Positions 9,548 through 20,805 are shown, numbered from the stretch's first letter. The stretch is 64,000 nucleotides of DNA from Candidatus Woesearchaeota archaeon (GCA_038874655.1 JAVZBY010000003.1:9808-73807), one strand, 5' to 3'. Made by a program: numbers and translations. Notes: generated by a model not told the origin, from the letters alone.

Positions 9548-10969
9548 TTATTTTATGTTATCTAATAAATCCACATTATTTTTTTCCAATATCTGCCTCA
9601 TTTTTTCCTTTTCATATTCATAAATGGAATTCATTAGATTATGTAAATTAATATGAATCATTTTTTTTAATTCTTCTAATTTTTTGTTTTCTTCATTTGT
9701 GTTTTCATTTCCAATCTCTTTTTCTAATGTATTTTCATCTGCTTTATTTTGATCAAAAATTTTATTTTCAGATAAACTATTTTGATTATTTTTAATAAAA
9801 GCCTGGTTTATCGTGGATTCATCAATACTAAATAAAAAATCATCATCAGTTTCTATAATCTCTTTTTCATTAATCTGTTGTTTTTCTTGCTTTGTTTCTT
9901 GAATATCTTTTTTATAGGAATTTTCAAGAATTTTATCTATCTCAATATATTCATCTGAATCTGTCAATTCTTTTATAGTTATAGTATCAATACTTTTTTC
10001 ATTATCCTCATTTTCACTAGATAAATTATTATAGAGATTATTCTTTTCTTCAGTATTTTTCTCATTAAAAGTTTTATTATCACTAATCTCTGAAATAATT
10101 TCTTCTTTCTTTTGCTCAATTTGATTAATTGAAAAAATACTCTTTTGTGAATTTTCTTTAATTAATTCTTCATCATGAGAACCTAAAAGATTATTGTCTA
10201 AATCAAAGACATCAAAAATATAAATTTCACCCTTATAAATACCAAAATTTATACCTACTTTTTTATTCAAAATTACAGAAATTCTTTTCACTAATCTAGC
10301 AATTTCAAAAATTTCTTTTTCACTTAATACTTGTTTATTTGATTTTTCATTTAAATTAATTTTTTCAATTTTCTCAGATTCATTATCAAAGAAATATGCA
10401 AATTCCTTATAATTAACTTTTATTGACTTTATACTCAAAGAATCTTTATCTACAATATAAATATCATTGTTCCTTTTGCTAAAATCCTTACCAATTCCAT
10501 ATAACGCTTGAACAATAATATTTTCATTATCGTAAAAAGACTTTCCACTTATCTCTGAAAAAATCATCTTTTGACAAAAAACAAAAAAATCTGTGGATGA
10601 AAATTGACTATGTTTTATCTCATTAATTATATTTAAAAAAGATTCTTTTCCTTTAATGTTAAAAATTGTTTTTACATTATTCCCATTTTTATCTAAAATT
10701 TTAATAACAACAAACGGCTCTTTTTCACTTAAGATCTTATTAATATTAAAACCACTAGTATCTATATCTAATGTCAAATAAGAATCATAAAGATCTTCTT
10801 TTAATTCATCATTAGAAAAATCAAAATTTTCAATTTCATCATAAGTTATTAAAAATCCTAACGGAATGTTAAACTTTTCATATAGATTATACAAATTACT
10901 TAAATTATTATTAATTTGATTCCCAATCTTGTTTAAAAAAATTACCATAGATAATGAAAAAATTATCAT
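9548..10969 (-). CDS. Degenerate PEP synthase/PPDK nucleotide-binding-like domain with acidic tail
   Basis: IPLGFLIT, QKMIFSEISG, QALYGIG, DIYIVDK, KQVLSEKEIFEIARL follow the PpsA N-domain in order; no His or PEP-binding domains. Confidence 0.65.
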   Translation of the reverse strand: MIIFSLSMVIFLNKIGNQINNNLSNLYNLYEKFNIPLGFLITYDEIENFDFSNDELKEDLYDSYLTLDIDTSGFNINKILSEKEPFVVIKILDKNGNNVKTIFNIKGKESFLNIINEIKHSQFSSTDFFVFCQKMIFSEISGKSFYDNENIIVQALYGIGKDFSKRNNDIYIVDKDSLSIKSIKVNYKEFAYFFDNESEKIEKINLNEKSNKQVLSEKEIFEIARLVKRISVILNKKVGINFGIYKGEIYIFDVFDLDNNLLGSHDEELIKENSQKSIFSINQIEQKKEEIISEISDNKTFNEKNTEEKNNLYNNLSSENEDNEKSIDTITIKELTDSDEYIEIDKILENSYKKDIQETKQEKQQINEKEIIETDDDFLFSIDESTINQAFIKNNQNSLSENKIFDQNKADENTLEKEIGNENTNEENKKLEELKKMIHINLHNLMNSIYEYEKEKMRQILEKNNVDLLDNIK

Positions 10970-11034
10970 GCTATATAAAATTTATTCTTAAAATAACAAA
11001 AAAACTTAAATATAAAATAAAAGTGCATTAAAAA

Positions 11035-11547
11035 ATGCTTGAGCCAATAAGCGATGATTTGGAAGAAAAAATTAAACAAAATTTTAATGAAGGTGAATAT
11101 TGGCAGATTAGAATTTTAATTGATGATTTATATCAAAAAACAGGAATTCCAACAGATTACTTTGCTAATTTGATTTTGTCATATTATACTGAAAGAGATA
11201 ATTGCACTAAGAAAAGATGTATAAATCCAGAGAAATTAGAACAAAGAATCTTTAGTTCAATGAAAGAAAATGAAAGTCCTGAAATTAAGGCAAAGGGTTA
11301 TCTTTTAAGCATTGGTTGGACAGGTTTGGGAGAAATGACTGCAAAAGAAGTTAATGGAGAATTATATTGCTTTCCTAAGGCAGTAGAATCTTTCAATCCA
11401 AAAATAAATGAACTCCCAATTGAAGCAATAATAAAATTTAAAGATGGTCAAATTATATATGTTATGGCTAATTATGGTGCTAAAATATTAAAAAAAAGAT
11501 CACCAAAAAGATATACTGAGAAAGGTGATTTCCCATTAGCAAACTAG
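11035..11547 (+). CDS. Hypothetical protein
   Basis: 170-aa ATG ORF, no recognised motif. Confidence 0.6.
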   Translation: MLEPISDDLEEKIKQNFNEGEYWQIRILIDDLYQKTGIPTDYFANLILSYYTERDNCTKKRCINPEKLEQRIFSSMKENESPEIKAKGYLLSIGWTGLGEMTAKEVNGELYCFPKAVESFNPKINELPIEAIIKFKDGQIIYVMANYGAKILKKRSPKRYTEKGDFPLAN

Positions 11548-12059
11548 AACATGAATTAAAAAAAAGATTTAGGAATATCTCTGAAATAATTCAAACCATA
11601 GATCAATTTTCCATAATATTTGGAATTCATAAAGAAATCTTAAAAAGTTATTCTTTAGATATATCTCCTGATTACAATGTTGGCTATTTTGAGTTTTATC
11701 TTTTGGAAAGATTAAAAAATTCAAATAACCTATTAATAAGTGCAAAAGCAAATTTATATGATTACATGCTTCAACAAAGTTCATATTCAGAAACAAATTT
11801 AAATATTAATTTGGCTTCATTAGAACTATTAATTATTAATAATAACTACATACTTATTTCACAAGATTTAAGAGAAAAATTAACTAATCTTGGAATAACA
11901 AATTTATTTGAAAATAAGGATGTTTTATATGTCCTTTTTGAAATACCAAATAATAGATATAGATTAATTTATATTGTAGATGCTTATATTGATAAAAATG
12001 AAAAAAATAAAAATGAACAATTTTATAAAAGATATAGTTCTTTGCCATTAGCAATTTAA
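11535..12059 (+). CDS. Hypothetical protein; frame is open 174 nt upstream of the track's TTG start (possible ATT start at 11535)
   Basis: No stop from 11529 to 12056; GGTGA SD-like sequence 6 nt before ATT at 11535. Confidence 0.5.
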   Translation: MSKLEHELKKRFRNISEIIQTIDQFSIIFGIHKEILKSYSLDISPDYNVGYFEFYLLERLKNSNNLLISAKANLYDYMLQQSSYSETNLNINLASLELLIINNNYILISQDLREKLTNLGITNLFENKDVLYVLFEIPNNRYRLIYIVDAYIDKNEKNKNEQFYKRYSSLPLAI

Positions 12060-13459
12060 ATCTTTTTCACTATACTTTTTTCCCCACTATCATCAACATA
12101 GTAACCTAATTTTTTAATTTCTTCTCTTAATTCATCAGACAATTTCCAGTTTTTATTTTTTCTTGCTTCCTCTCTTTTTTTAACTAATTCCAAAACCTTT
12201 TCTGGAATCTTTTCTTCACTGAAATCTAATATGCCTAAAACCTTGTCAAATTCCATCATTAAATTAAAAACTTTCAAAGCATCATTTCTTGATAAATTGT
12301 TATCTGCTATTAATTTGTTAATTTGATTCATAAACTCAAAAATAACAGCCAATCCTTCTGAAATATTTAAATCATCATCCATTGCATTTTCAAAATCTTG
12401 TTTTGCTTTTTTTATCAATTCATTAACTTTTGAATTATTATTGTTATTTTTTTCTTCAATATTTTTTAATCTCAACATAAATTCTTTAAATTTTTTAATT
12501 GTGTTTTCAGCACTTTCTAATCCTGAAAAAGTGAAATTTAATTTTTGTCTATAATGAGTAGCCATTAATAAGTATCTTATTGCTTTTGCACTATAACCTT
12601 TATTTAATAAATCCCTTAAAGTATAAAAATTGCCTTTGCTTTTTGACATTTTTTCATTGTCTACTAATAAATGCTCGCAATGAAGCCAATAATTCACAAA
12701 TTTTTTTCCTGTAAAAGCCTCGCTTTGTGCAATTTCATTTTCATGATGTGGAAAAATTAAGTCAATGCCCCCTGTATGAATATCAAAGCTTTGTCCTAAA
12801 AATTTCATAGACATTGCAGAACATTCAATATGCCAACCTGGTCTGCCTTTTCCTAACTCTGTTTCCCAATAAACATCTCCGTCTGATTTATCATATGATT
12901 TCCACAATGCAAAATCTTTTGCAGATTCTTTTTCATATTCATCTTGTTTTACCCTTGCACCTTCTTTTAAATTTTCTACATTAATTTTTGATAATTTCCC
13001 GTAATCTTTAAATTTAGAAACACTAAAATAAGTAGAACCATCTTCGCTTTTATATGCAATTCCTTTTTCTAATAATCTTTTTGATATTTCAATCATCTCA
13101 TTTATTGTTTCTGTTGCCTTTGGATAATATTCCACTTTCTCAATATTTAAAGTTTCTAAATCCTCAAAAAAGTACTTTGTATATCTCTCTGTAAATTCTT
13201 TTAAAGAAACACCTTCTTTTTGTGAATCTCTTATTGTTTTATCATCAACATCTGTTAAATTCATAACATGAATTACTTCATAGCCCTTATATTTTAGATA
13301 TCTACGCAACATATCAGAGAAAACATAACTTCTCATATTGCCTATATGTGCAAAATTATATACAGTTGGCCCACAACTATATATTCTAACTTGTCCTGGG
13401 TTTATTTCTTTAAACTCTTCTTTTTGCCTTGTTAAGGTGTTATAAAATTTTAATACCAT
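12056..13459 (-). CDS. cysS: Cysteinyl-tRNA synthetase
   Basis: CGPTVY, HIGN, GRPGWHIECSAM, DIHTGGIDLIFPHHENE, KMSKS. Confidence 0.98.
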   Translation of the reverse strand: MVLKFYNTLTRQKEEFKEINPGQVRIYSCGPTVYNFAHIGNMRSYVFSDMLRRYLKYKGYEVIHVMNLTDVDDKTIRDSQKEGVSLKEFTERYTKYFFEDLETLNIEKVEYYPKATETINEMIEISKRLLEKGIAYKSEDGSTYFSVSKFKDYGKLSKINVENLKEGARVKQDEYEKESAKDFALWKSYDKSDGDVYWETELGKGRPGWHIECSAMSMKFLGQSFDIHTGGIDLIFPHHENEIAQSEAFTGKKFVNYWLHCEHLLVDNEKMSKSKGNFYTLRDLLNKGYSAKAIRYLLMATHYRQKLNFTFSGLESAENTIKKFKEFMLRLKNIEEKNNNNNSKVNELIKKAKQDFENAMDDDLNISEGLAVIFEFMNQINKLIADNNLSRNDALKVFNLMMEFDKVLGILDFSEEKIPEKVLELVKKREEARKNKNWKLSDELREEIKKLGYYVDDSGEKSIVKKI

Positions 13460-13478
13460 TTTAATTTAGATAATAAAC

Positions 13479-14060
13479 CTATTTTTTAATTTTTGTTTTA
13501 GGTAATTCTAAATCAACCTTTTTTCCATTTAATTTAACTATTTTTCCTGGAATTCCAACAACTGTTGAATTACTTGGCACATCATGTTCAATTATAAAAG
13601 TATTAGCTCCAATTTTAACATTGTCTCCAATAGTTATAGGACCTAATAAAATAGCACCAGTTCCTATTAAAACATTATTTCCTATTGTTGGATGTCTTTT
13701 ACCTAGATGTTTTCCTGTTCCTCCCAAGGTTACATTATGAAATAAAACACAATTATTTCCTATTTCAACAGTTTCTCCTATAACCACACCCATTCCATGA
13801 TCAATAAAAAAACCTTTTCCAATCTTAGCTCCTGGATGTATTTCAATGCCTGTTAAAAATCTCATAAACTGTGAAATTAACCTTGGCAAAAAAGGAACAT
13901 TCAATTTATATAAAGGATGACAAACATATCTATGGATTATAATAGCATATAAACTAGGATAAAGAAAAACTTCTAAATTTCTAAAAATATTGCCTTGTAA
14001 TGCAGGGTCATTTTTTATTGCTACTTTTACATCTTCAAACATTTTAAAATCCAATGGCAA
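13479..14060 (-). CDS. cysE: Serine O-acetyltransferase
   Basis: [42 protein letters not shown] hexapeptide repeats. Confidence 0.92.
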   Translation of the reverse strand: MPLDFKMFEDVKVAIKNDPALQGNIFRNLEVFLYPSLYAIIIHRYVCHPLYKLNVPFLPRLISQFMRFLTGIEIHPGAKIGKGFFIDHGMGVVIGETVEIGNNCVLFHNVTLGGTGKHLGKRHPTIGNNVLIGTGAILLGPITIGDNVKIGANTFIIEHDVPSNSTVVGIPGKIVKLNGKKVDLELPKTKIKK

Positions 14061-14131
14061 TGAATTTATAAAATTTTTTAAATTTTTATTTAAATTAAAT
14101 TTTTATTTAAAATGAATCAAATAATTTAAAA

Positions 14132-14396
14132 ATGAAAAACATAAATATAAAAGCAAGAGTTATTGAGATAAAAGAAGTAAAAGAATTCGAGAAATTTGGA
14201 AAAAAAGGAAAATTAGCAATTGCTGTTATTGAAACAAAGGAAAAAAAAAGATATTTTCTAAATCTTTGGGATGAACAGATAGATTATATAAAAAAAGGAA
14301 CTCATAGAAATAATAAACGGCTATTTCAAACAATATAAAGGTGAAAACTACCTAAATGTTAATAATTATGGTAGAATAGAAGTCCTGAAAAAATAA
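14132..14396 (+). pseudogene. Single OB-fold ssDNA-binding protein (SSB/RPA-like) interrupted by a +1 frameshift (or a sequencing error)
   Basis: Frame 1 INIKARVIEI...LNLWDEQID; the +1 frame from about 14295 continues LIEIINGYFKQYKGENYLNVNNYGRIEVLKK*, completing the OB fold. Confidence 0.75.
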
Positions 14397-14471
14397 AAAA
14401 GTAAATAAAATAAATAAAAAATACTAAAAAAAATAGTAAAATTTTTATTCTATTTACTTTATTAAATAAAT

Positions 14472-15398
14472 ATGCTAACAATCTACAGAAAAAGCCAATC
14501 TGATAAAGAACTTATTACATTAGAAAAAAGCGAAACAGGATCTTGGATTAGCTTAATAAATCCTAATGATGAAGAAATCTCAAAAATATCACAAGAACAA
14601 AATGTTCCAGAAGATTTTTTAAAAAGCGTTAATGACCCAGATGAAAAACCTAGAATTGAAACAGAAAATGGTAATGTATTAATTATTATTAAAATCCCAC
14701 ATTTAAGAGAAAATTTTATTGAAACACTTTCTTTTGGTATTATTGTAGCAGAGAAAAATATAATTACTGTTTGCTCAACTGATAATATAATTATAAATGA
14801 TATTCTATCTAATAAAATTAAAAATTTCTACACCACAAAAAAAACAAGATTTTGTTTACAAATACTAGCAAGAGCAAATAGAAATTATCAAAAATACTTA
14901 GATGATATTGAAAAAAATATTGAAAAAATTGAATCAGAGATAATGAAATCTTTTAAAAATGAGGAAATAATAAAATTATTAGGCATACAAAAAAGTTTAG
15001 TTTATATTAACACAGCTATATTATCTAATGAAAAGGTCTTAGAAAAAATAATGACTGGTAAGCTATTAAAAATGTATGACGAAGATGAAGATTTATTAGA
15101 AGATATAATTGCAGATAACAAACAAGCAATTGATATGGTGAATATATTCTCAAATATCTTATCAAACACAATGGATGCATATGCATCAATCATTTCAAAC
15201 AACTTAAATATTGTAATGAAATTCTTAACATCTGTAACTATTATCTTAGCAATTCCTTCAATTGTAACAAGCTTTTATGGAATGAATGTTGAATTGCCAT
15301 TTCAAGATTCTCATATAGCTTTTGTTTATGTAATTTTAATATCATCTGGATTAGCCATGCTTGCTTCTTATTTCTTTTTTAAAAAGGGGTATTTTTGA
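14472..15398 (+). CDS. corA: CorA-family Mg2+ transporter
   Basis: NIVMKFLT, YGMN signature, two C-terminal TM helices. Confidence 0.93.
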   Translation: MLTIYRKSQSDKELITLEKSETGSWISLINPNDEEISKISQEQNVPEDFLKSVNDPDEKPRIETENGNVLIIIKIPHLRENFIETLSFGIIVAEKNIITVCSTDNIIINDILSNKIKNFYTTKKTRFCLQILARANRNYQKYLDDIEKNIEKIESEIMKSFKNEEIIKLLGIQKSLVYINTAILSNEKVLEKIMTGKLLKMYDEDEDLLEDIIADNKQAIDMVNIFSNILSNTMDAYASIISNNLNIVMKFLTSVTIILAIPSIVTSFYGMNVELPFQDSHIAFVYVILISSGLAMLASYFFFKKGYF

Positions 15399-15445
15399 TT
15401 TTTAGTTTATATTTTGAGAGTCTAATATAATTCTAATTATATCCT

Positions 15446-15499
15446 AAATAGTAAAATAAATAAATAGTAAAAAAATAGTAAAATAAATAAATAGTAAAA
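15446..15499. repeat. Tandem 27-bp duplication AAATAGTAAAATAAATAAATAGTAAAA x2
   Basis: Exact copies at 15446-15472 and 15473-15499, upstream of the Cys-rich surface gene. Confidence 0.7.
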
Positions 15500-15543
15500 T
15501 AAAGTATAAAAATATAAGATAAAATTTCATAGGTGGGGAACTA

Positions 15544-18500
15544 ATGAAAAAATCTTTAAAAGCGCAAATAACTTTGTTTGTTGTTATTGGTTTGGTTGTT
15601 TTGATTGTGGGTGGAATGGCAATTTTTTATTTGAATAAAGACAATAAATTACTAAAAGAAACAAAAAAAGGTGTTTCTTTTTCTTCAGATAAAGATGTTT
15701 TTAAAGAGAGATATGATAAATGCATGAAAGAAATTTTATTAGAAGGAATGTCTAAAGCATTAACTATTGAAAATGCAAATGGTTTCTTAGAACAATATTT
15801 AATACAAAATTTTGAAAAATGCCTTTATTTAGGAGAAAAATCAACTTTAGGCTATAGTGTTGATTTTACAAATTTTGTTCCTAAAGTTAGGGTTTATGAA
15901 GATACTATTGTTTTTGAAAGCACAGGTGTTTTAATTGCAGAAAAAGACGGCAAAAAAATAGAAATAAAAGGAAATAGCTTTACATTGCCATTAAATGTTG
16001 TTCAAACATTAAAAACAGATGATTCTGGCAAATGTTTTAGAAGATTTCCAAATTGTTTCTCCAGATACTAAAGTTGTTTTTAGAATTAAAAAAGGAACAA
16101 AAGCACTAACAAGTGATGATAAGCCTATAAAACAAATAAAAATGAAATTAATTCCAAGACCAAAAGAGGAAATATTGCCACAAGATTTAAGTATAATGAT
16201 AGGCCCAGTTCTTTATAGAATTGAGCCAGATGGTGCTAAATTTGATCCTCCTGTAGAATTAAGTTATTACTATCATGACCCTGATCCTAATGAAGAAACA
16301 AACGAAAAAAATTTCATGTTAAGCTATTACAATTATTTATCAGACGGACAATTTGTTGCTTATGAAACAAGCGTTGATACTAACAAAAACCTTATAACAG
16401 CAAAAGTTCCTCATTTATCAGACCCAGTTCCTGTAAGTGATTGTGGCTCATCTGCTAAAACTTATAAATTAGAAGATATTTTTGTCCCTAATTGTGATTT
16501 GATAAATAGAGATACTGTTTTTACAATTGAATCTAAAAAGCAGTTATTTTTTCATATAAAGGATTTTTATTCAATATTTACAACAAGAAAAAAAAATGAA
16601 GAAAAATATTTAATAAAAGGCATAAATGGGCAAGTTATAGATTATATGGAAAAATGCCAATTAATTCAACCTATATTTACAGATGCTAATGGAGATAGTC
16701 AACTTAATTACCCTAATGATGATCCAGAAAAAGATTTGGATAAAGTTTTGTTGAGAATATCATCTTATTATCCTTATTTATGTGATGAGACTTGTAAAAA
16801 TAAAATCAGTTCTGGAGATTATACTGAAGTTTGTAAAAAACTATGCACTTCTGACACAGCAAATTTATGCAAAAAATATTTTATAAAAGATGTGCCTGAT
16901 CAATCTGATAATGTGGTATGGAGATGGTCTAATGATGGAAATTATTATGATTCAAACCCTGAATGGGGTGAATATTTCAAAACAATAAAAGGCATAAAAG
17001 AAGATGGCACTTATTTTGAGCCAGAACCTGATGATAAATACAAAGGCAAAAAAATAACAGATGATGTTTTTTATGGAGATGGCATTAATGATGAATTTGC
17101 TAATAAGTTATTACTTTATCCTTCTACTGAGGATATATATGATGGTGCTTACTTCCTTTGCAAACCTGAAAATGGCATGAAACCAGCAACTCCTAAGTAT
17201 GCATGGGGTTATGAAAATTTACAAAACTTTGGCGGCAGGGCAGAATTTAAATTTTTCTTTGATGAAAATTCTTGTTTTAATCCACATAAAACACAGAATA
17301 ATAAAATTGTAATAACACATCATAAATATTTAAAAATCACAAACTTCAAAATAAACGACAACTCTTATCCATTGCCAGAAAAAGGAAAATCAAACTTTGC
17401 ATTTGATTATGTTGATAGTAATAGTGTTTATGAATTAACCTTAAAAGTAAAAGAAAATAAATATTGCGAAGGAACTGGTTGTTCACAAGACACTTATATA
17501 AAAGAAGGTGAAAATGTTGTTGAATTAGAATTTTCACTTGATGAAAAAGAATTAGCAAATTTAAAAGAAGGTGATACAATAAAAATAAGTGAATTAGTTG
17601 GAGATGGCTCTGTTTCATTAATTGGCAATGGATTTAAAGAACAAGCATGCACAATAGACCAAAGAAAAACTTATTTAACTAATTATAATTCAAAATGTTC
17701 TTTTGATACTGATAATGTTAATATAAATAATAATGAACTAACTAACGTATTAAATAAAATAACTGATGATAACAAAGCAATAAAAACTTCAAGTTTACTT
17801 GATTCAAAAGAAGTTAAACAATTTTATGCTGCAAATGGAGTTGAATTAACAACAGAAATGATGTTTACTTGCCCTACTGATGATAATAATATTGTATGTA
17901 AAAATGCACAAAAAGGATGTTATGATAAGAAAGAGACATATGTAGGTGATGTTATTGTTGATGTTGATACTATTTTTACTTATTTGGGTATGCAGTGTAT
18001 TCCAACTTCTCCAAGTGATATGACTCCAAAATCAGGAACAAATCAACAAGCTAAGTGTTCTGAGGTTTTAGGTTATGAGTATGAAGATTTTGATAATAAT
18101 GGAGATATTACAAAATGCACAATAAACTGCCAATGGGACACTAGTGTTTGTAAAAAAAGAACAAATGATTTTAGTAATTATCAGTTTGCAGGCAAACCTG
18201 GAAGTGCTTGTGTTGGTGGAAAACCAAATGGTGTTTTAGATAAAGATGAGCAATGTGATCCTTTGGTTAATCCGCCAACTGAAAAAAAATGCAATCAATT
18301 AGATTCTAATAGATATAAAGACACTGCAAATGTCATATTAACTTCGAACTACCATTGCAAAGAAGATTGCACATGGGATTATGTAGCAAGATGTGATTAT
18401 TTGGCATTAGGAGATAGTGGAAAATGCACAAAAAAACCTGATGGATCTGAGAGTGTTGACAGTAATGAATTTTGTGATATAGACGATGACGGAACACATT

Positions 18501-19690
18501 TATTAAATGGTAAAACATGCACAGATTACAAAGGAATGCCAGATATAGGAAGCCTTTATTCTGGCGGTGTTTTAAAATGCAAAAATGATTGCACTTATGA
18601 CTTTTCTGGCTGCATTAAAAAAGAATCTGCAAGATGCAGAATAATTAATGGTGAAAAAATAGAACCTCCTAATGGTCAGATTTCAAATACTATATGTTCT
18701 GACTTTTCATGCACTTGTGAATGCAAAGATATGGAAGATAAAGATTTAGATGAAAAAGACTTTAAAACAACATGCGAATCTTTATGCCAAAACAGATATG
18801 GTGGGAAATTTATTTATTATTCAGCTGGAATTTCATACAGACAAGTATCAAATGATTTATGTAATATGCCTACCTGCTATGACACAGATCCTAATAATGA
18901 CCCAACAATATTAGGAACTGTACAGGTTAAGTATAAAGAGGGTGAAAATTGGAAAAGCGAAACAAAGACAGATGAATGTGAGACTGATGGAAAAAAAACA
19001 ATAGAATATAAGTGTGATTTATTAGAAAAAAAAGGATATACTACAGAGACAAAAGATTGCTCAACTTATAATAGTGGAAAAGATGATCCAGACTTTCCAT
19101 TTGGCTATTGCTCTAATGGAGTTTGTAAATCCTCAACTGTACAAGCAAGATGTGATGCTAATTCAAAAGCTAATCCACCTATAGAGCCAGATACTTATGT
19201 TTCATTCACAGATGTTGATGGCTATACTTTTGAAACTTGCTGTAATGATAATACTTATTGTGTTGGCCGCGATACTAATTGTTATGAAAACGGCTATTTC
19301 ACTGAAAAGAAAATCTGTAATTCAGGAACATGGGCTATTTGTGGCTATAAGAATTATAATGACAAAAAAACAATTCCAGAAATTAATATTGGTGGAACAA
19401 TATATTACTGCGATTTAAACACCAATAAATGGCGAACTTCAAAAATTTATGATGGAAAACCAATAAAATATTGTGGCCCTGATTCACAACCTTTTTTAAT
19501 TAATTCTCAAGGAGAAGATTGTAATTCAGGTAATAAGGACTGTGTTTATCTATGCAAAGCAGGCTATTTTTACGCAAATGATTATGCTCCAGGAAAAAAG
19601 GTTTATGCATTAGATGGAACAACAGTAATTGCAATTTTAAATGAAGACACAACAACAGCTTCAAGTAAAAAATACTGGGTTTTGCAATAA
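15544..19690 (+). CDS. Large Cys-rich surface protein with class III (pilin-like) signal peptide, split by a +1 frameshift near 16030
   Basis: KAQ|ITLFVVIGLVVL N-terminus; removing one A from GGC AAA TGT joins KTDDSG to NVLEDFQIVSPD; ZU5-like segment ending VPHLS; many Cys-rich modules. Confidence 0.75.
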
Positions 19691-19754
19691 ATTTAAAATA
19701 AATTTTTCTTTCTTTTTTTAAAAAAAGGATAAAAAAGATTAAATTTATAAATTG

Positions 19755-19779
19755 TCTTACTTTTCTTACTTATAAGAAA
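19755..19779 (+). promoter_or_regulatory. Probable operator of the AbrB/MazE antitoxin
   Basis: Direct repeat TCTTACTT x2 and inverted repeat TTTCTTA-N4-TAAGAAA just downstream of the TATA-like TTTATAAA. Confidence 0.5.
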
Positions 19780-19788
19780 GTGATAAAT

Positions 19789-20031
19789 ATGTCAATTTTA
19801 GATATTAAAACAGCTACAATAACTGAAAAAGGCCAGATTGCTATTCCTAAAGAGATAAGAAAAAGATTTAAAATTGGCTCAAAAGTTGCAATTATTTCTT
19901 TTGAAGATAGAATTGAATTAAGACCTTTAGAAATAATTAATGAAAAAATATTTACTGCAATAGCTAGTGAAAAGTCATTATCTAAAGAATGGAATAGCAA
20001 AGAGGATGAAGAAGCATGGAAGAATTTGTAA
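19789..20031 (+). CDS. mazE: AbrB/MazE-family antitoxin
   Basis: ITEKGQIAIPKEIRK AbrB motif; acidic tail SEKSLSKEWNSKEDEEAWKNL; overlaps the toxin gene. Confidence 0.85.
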   Translation: MSILDIKTATITEKGQIAIPKEIRKRFKIGSKVAIISFEDRIELRPLEIINEKIFTAIASEKSLSKEWNSKEDEEAWKNL

Positions 20032-20348
20032 AAGGAGATGTTGTTGTTTTGCCTTTTCCTTTTTCTGATTTAAGTAATTCTAAAAAAAGGCCTGCTTTAG
20101 TTGTTGCAAAATTAAAAAGTGATGATATTATTTTATGCCAAATAACAAGCCAAAATAGAATTGATGATTATTCTATTATTTTAGCAAATGATGATTTTAA
20201 GCAAGGTAGTTTAAATTTAACCAGTTTAATAAGAGCAAATAAAATATTCACAACAGATAAATCTTTAATTCTTTATAAAATAGGTACTCTTAAAGAAAAT
20301 AAAATAAAAGAAGTTGAGGCAGCACTAATAAAAATATTCAAAGAATAG
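20016..20348 (+). CDS. mazF: MazF/PemK-family toxin
   Basis: GDVVVLPFPFSD...KKRPALVV...ITS signature. Confidence 0.92.
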   Translation: MEEFVKGDVVVLPFPFSDLSNSKKRPALVVAKLKSDDIILCQITSQNRIDDYSIILANDDFKQGSLNLTSLIRANKIFTTDKSLILYKIGTLKENKIKEVEAALIKIFKE

Positions 20349-20475
20349 TATTTATTTCAATATAAACGATAAATTAATATAATTTAGTTTAATTAAAATT
20401 TATTATTACTGATCTTCAATCTATAATAGAATAATATGAATAATTTTATAAGCTCTTTTTCTTTCTTTTTTTCTT

Positions 20476-20805
20476 ATGGCAAATAAGCAACCAAATCATA
20501 AAAAAACAAACAAAACAAGCAATTTAATAACCAAAGAATACTTACTAGAAATAGCCAAAAATTCAAGACTAAATTTATCAGAGCAAGAACTTAATGAATT
20601 AATGCCTCAATTATCTGAAATTTTAACTTATTTCTCAGAGATTCAGAAAATAGAAACAGAAAACACAAAGCCTAGTTTTCAGCCTATTGAATTAAAAAAC
20701 AATTTCAGAGAAGACATTGTAAAAAAATCAACTGACAATGAAACTGCTTTAAAAAACACAATGCATAAAAAAGATGGTTATTTTAAAGGGCCTAGAATTT
20801 TATAA
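20476..20805 (+). CDS. gatC: Asp/Glu-tRNA amidotransferase subunit C
   Basis: IAKNSRLNL...FRED...GYFKGPRIL; near gatA and gatB. Confidence 0.88.
   Translation: MANKQPNHKKTNKTSNLITKEYLLEIAKNSRLNLSEQELNELMPQLSEILTYFSEIQKIETENTKPSFQPIELKNNFREDIVKKSTDNETALKNTMHKKDGYFKGPRIL

Noticed and set aside
15446-15499. 27-bp tandem repeat as a regulatory or phase-variation element
   Set aside because: Low-complexity A-rich sequence; a slippage duplication explains it, so it is listed only as a repeat
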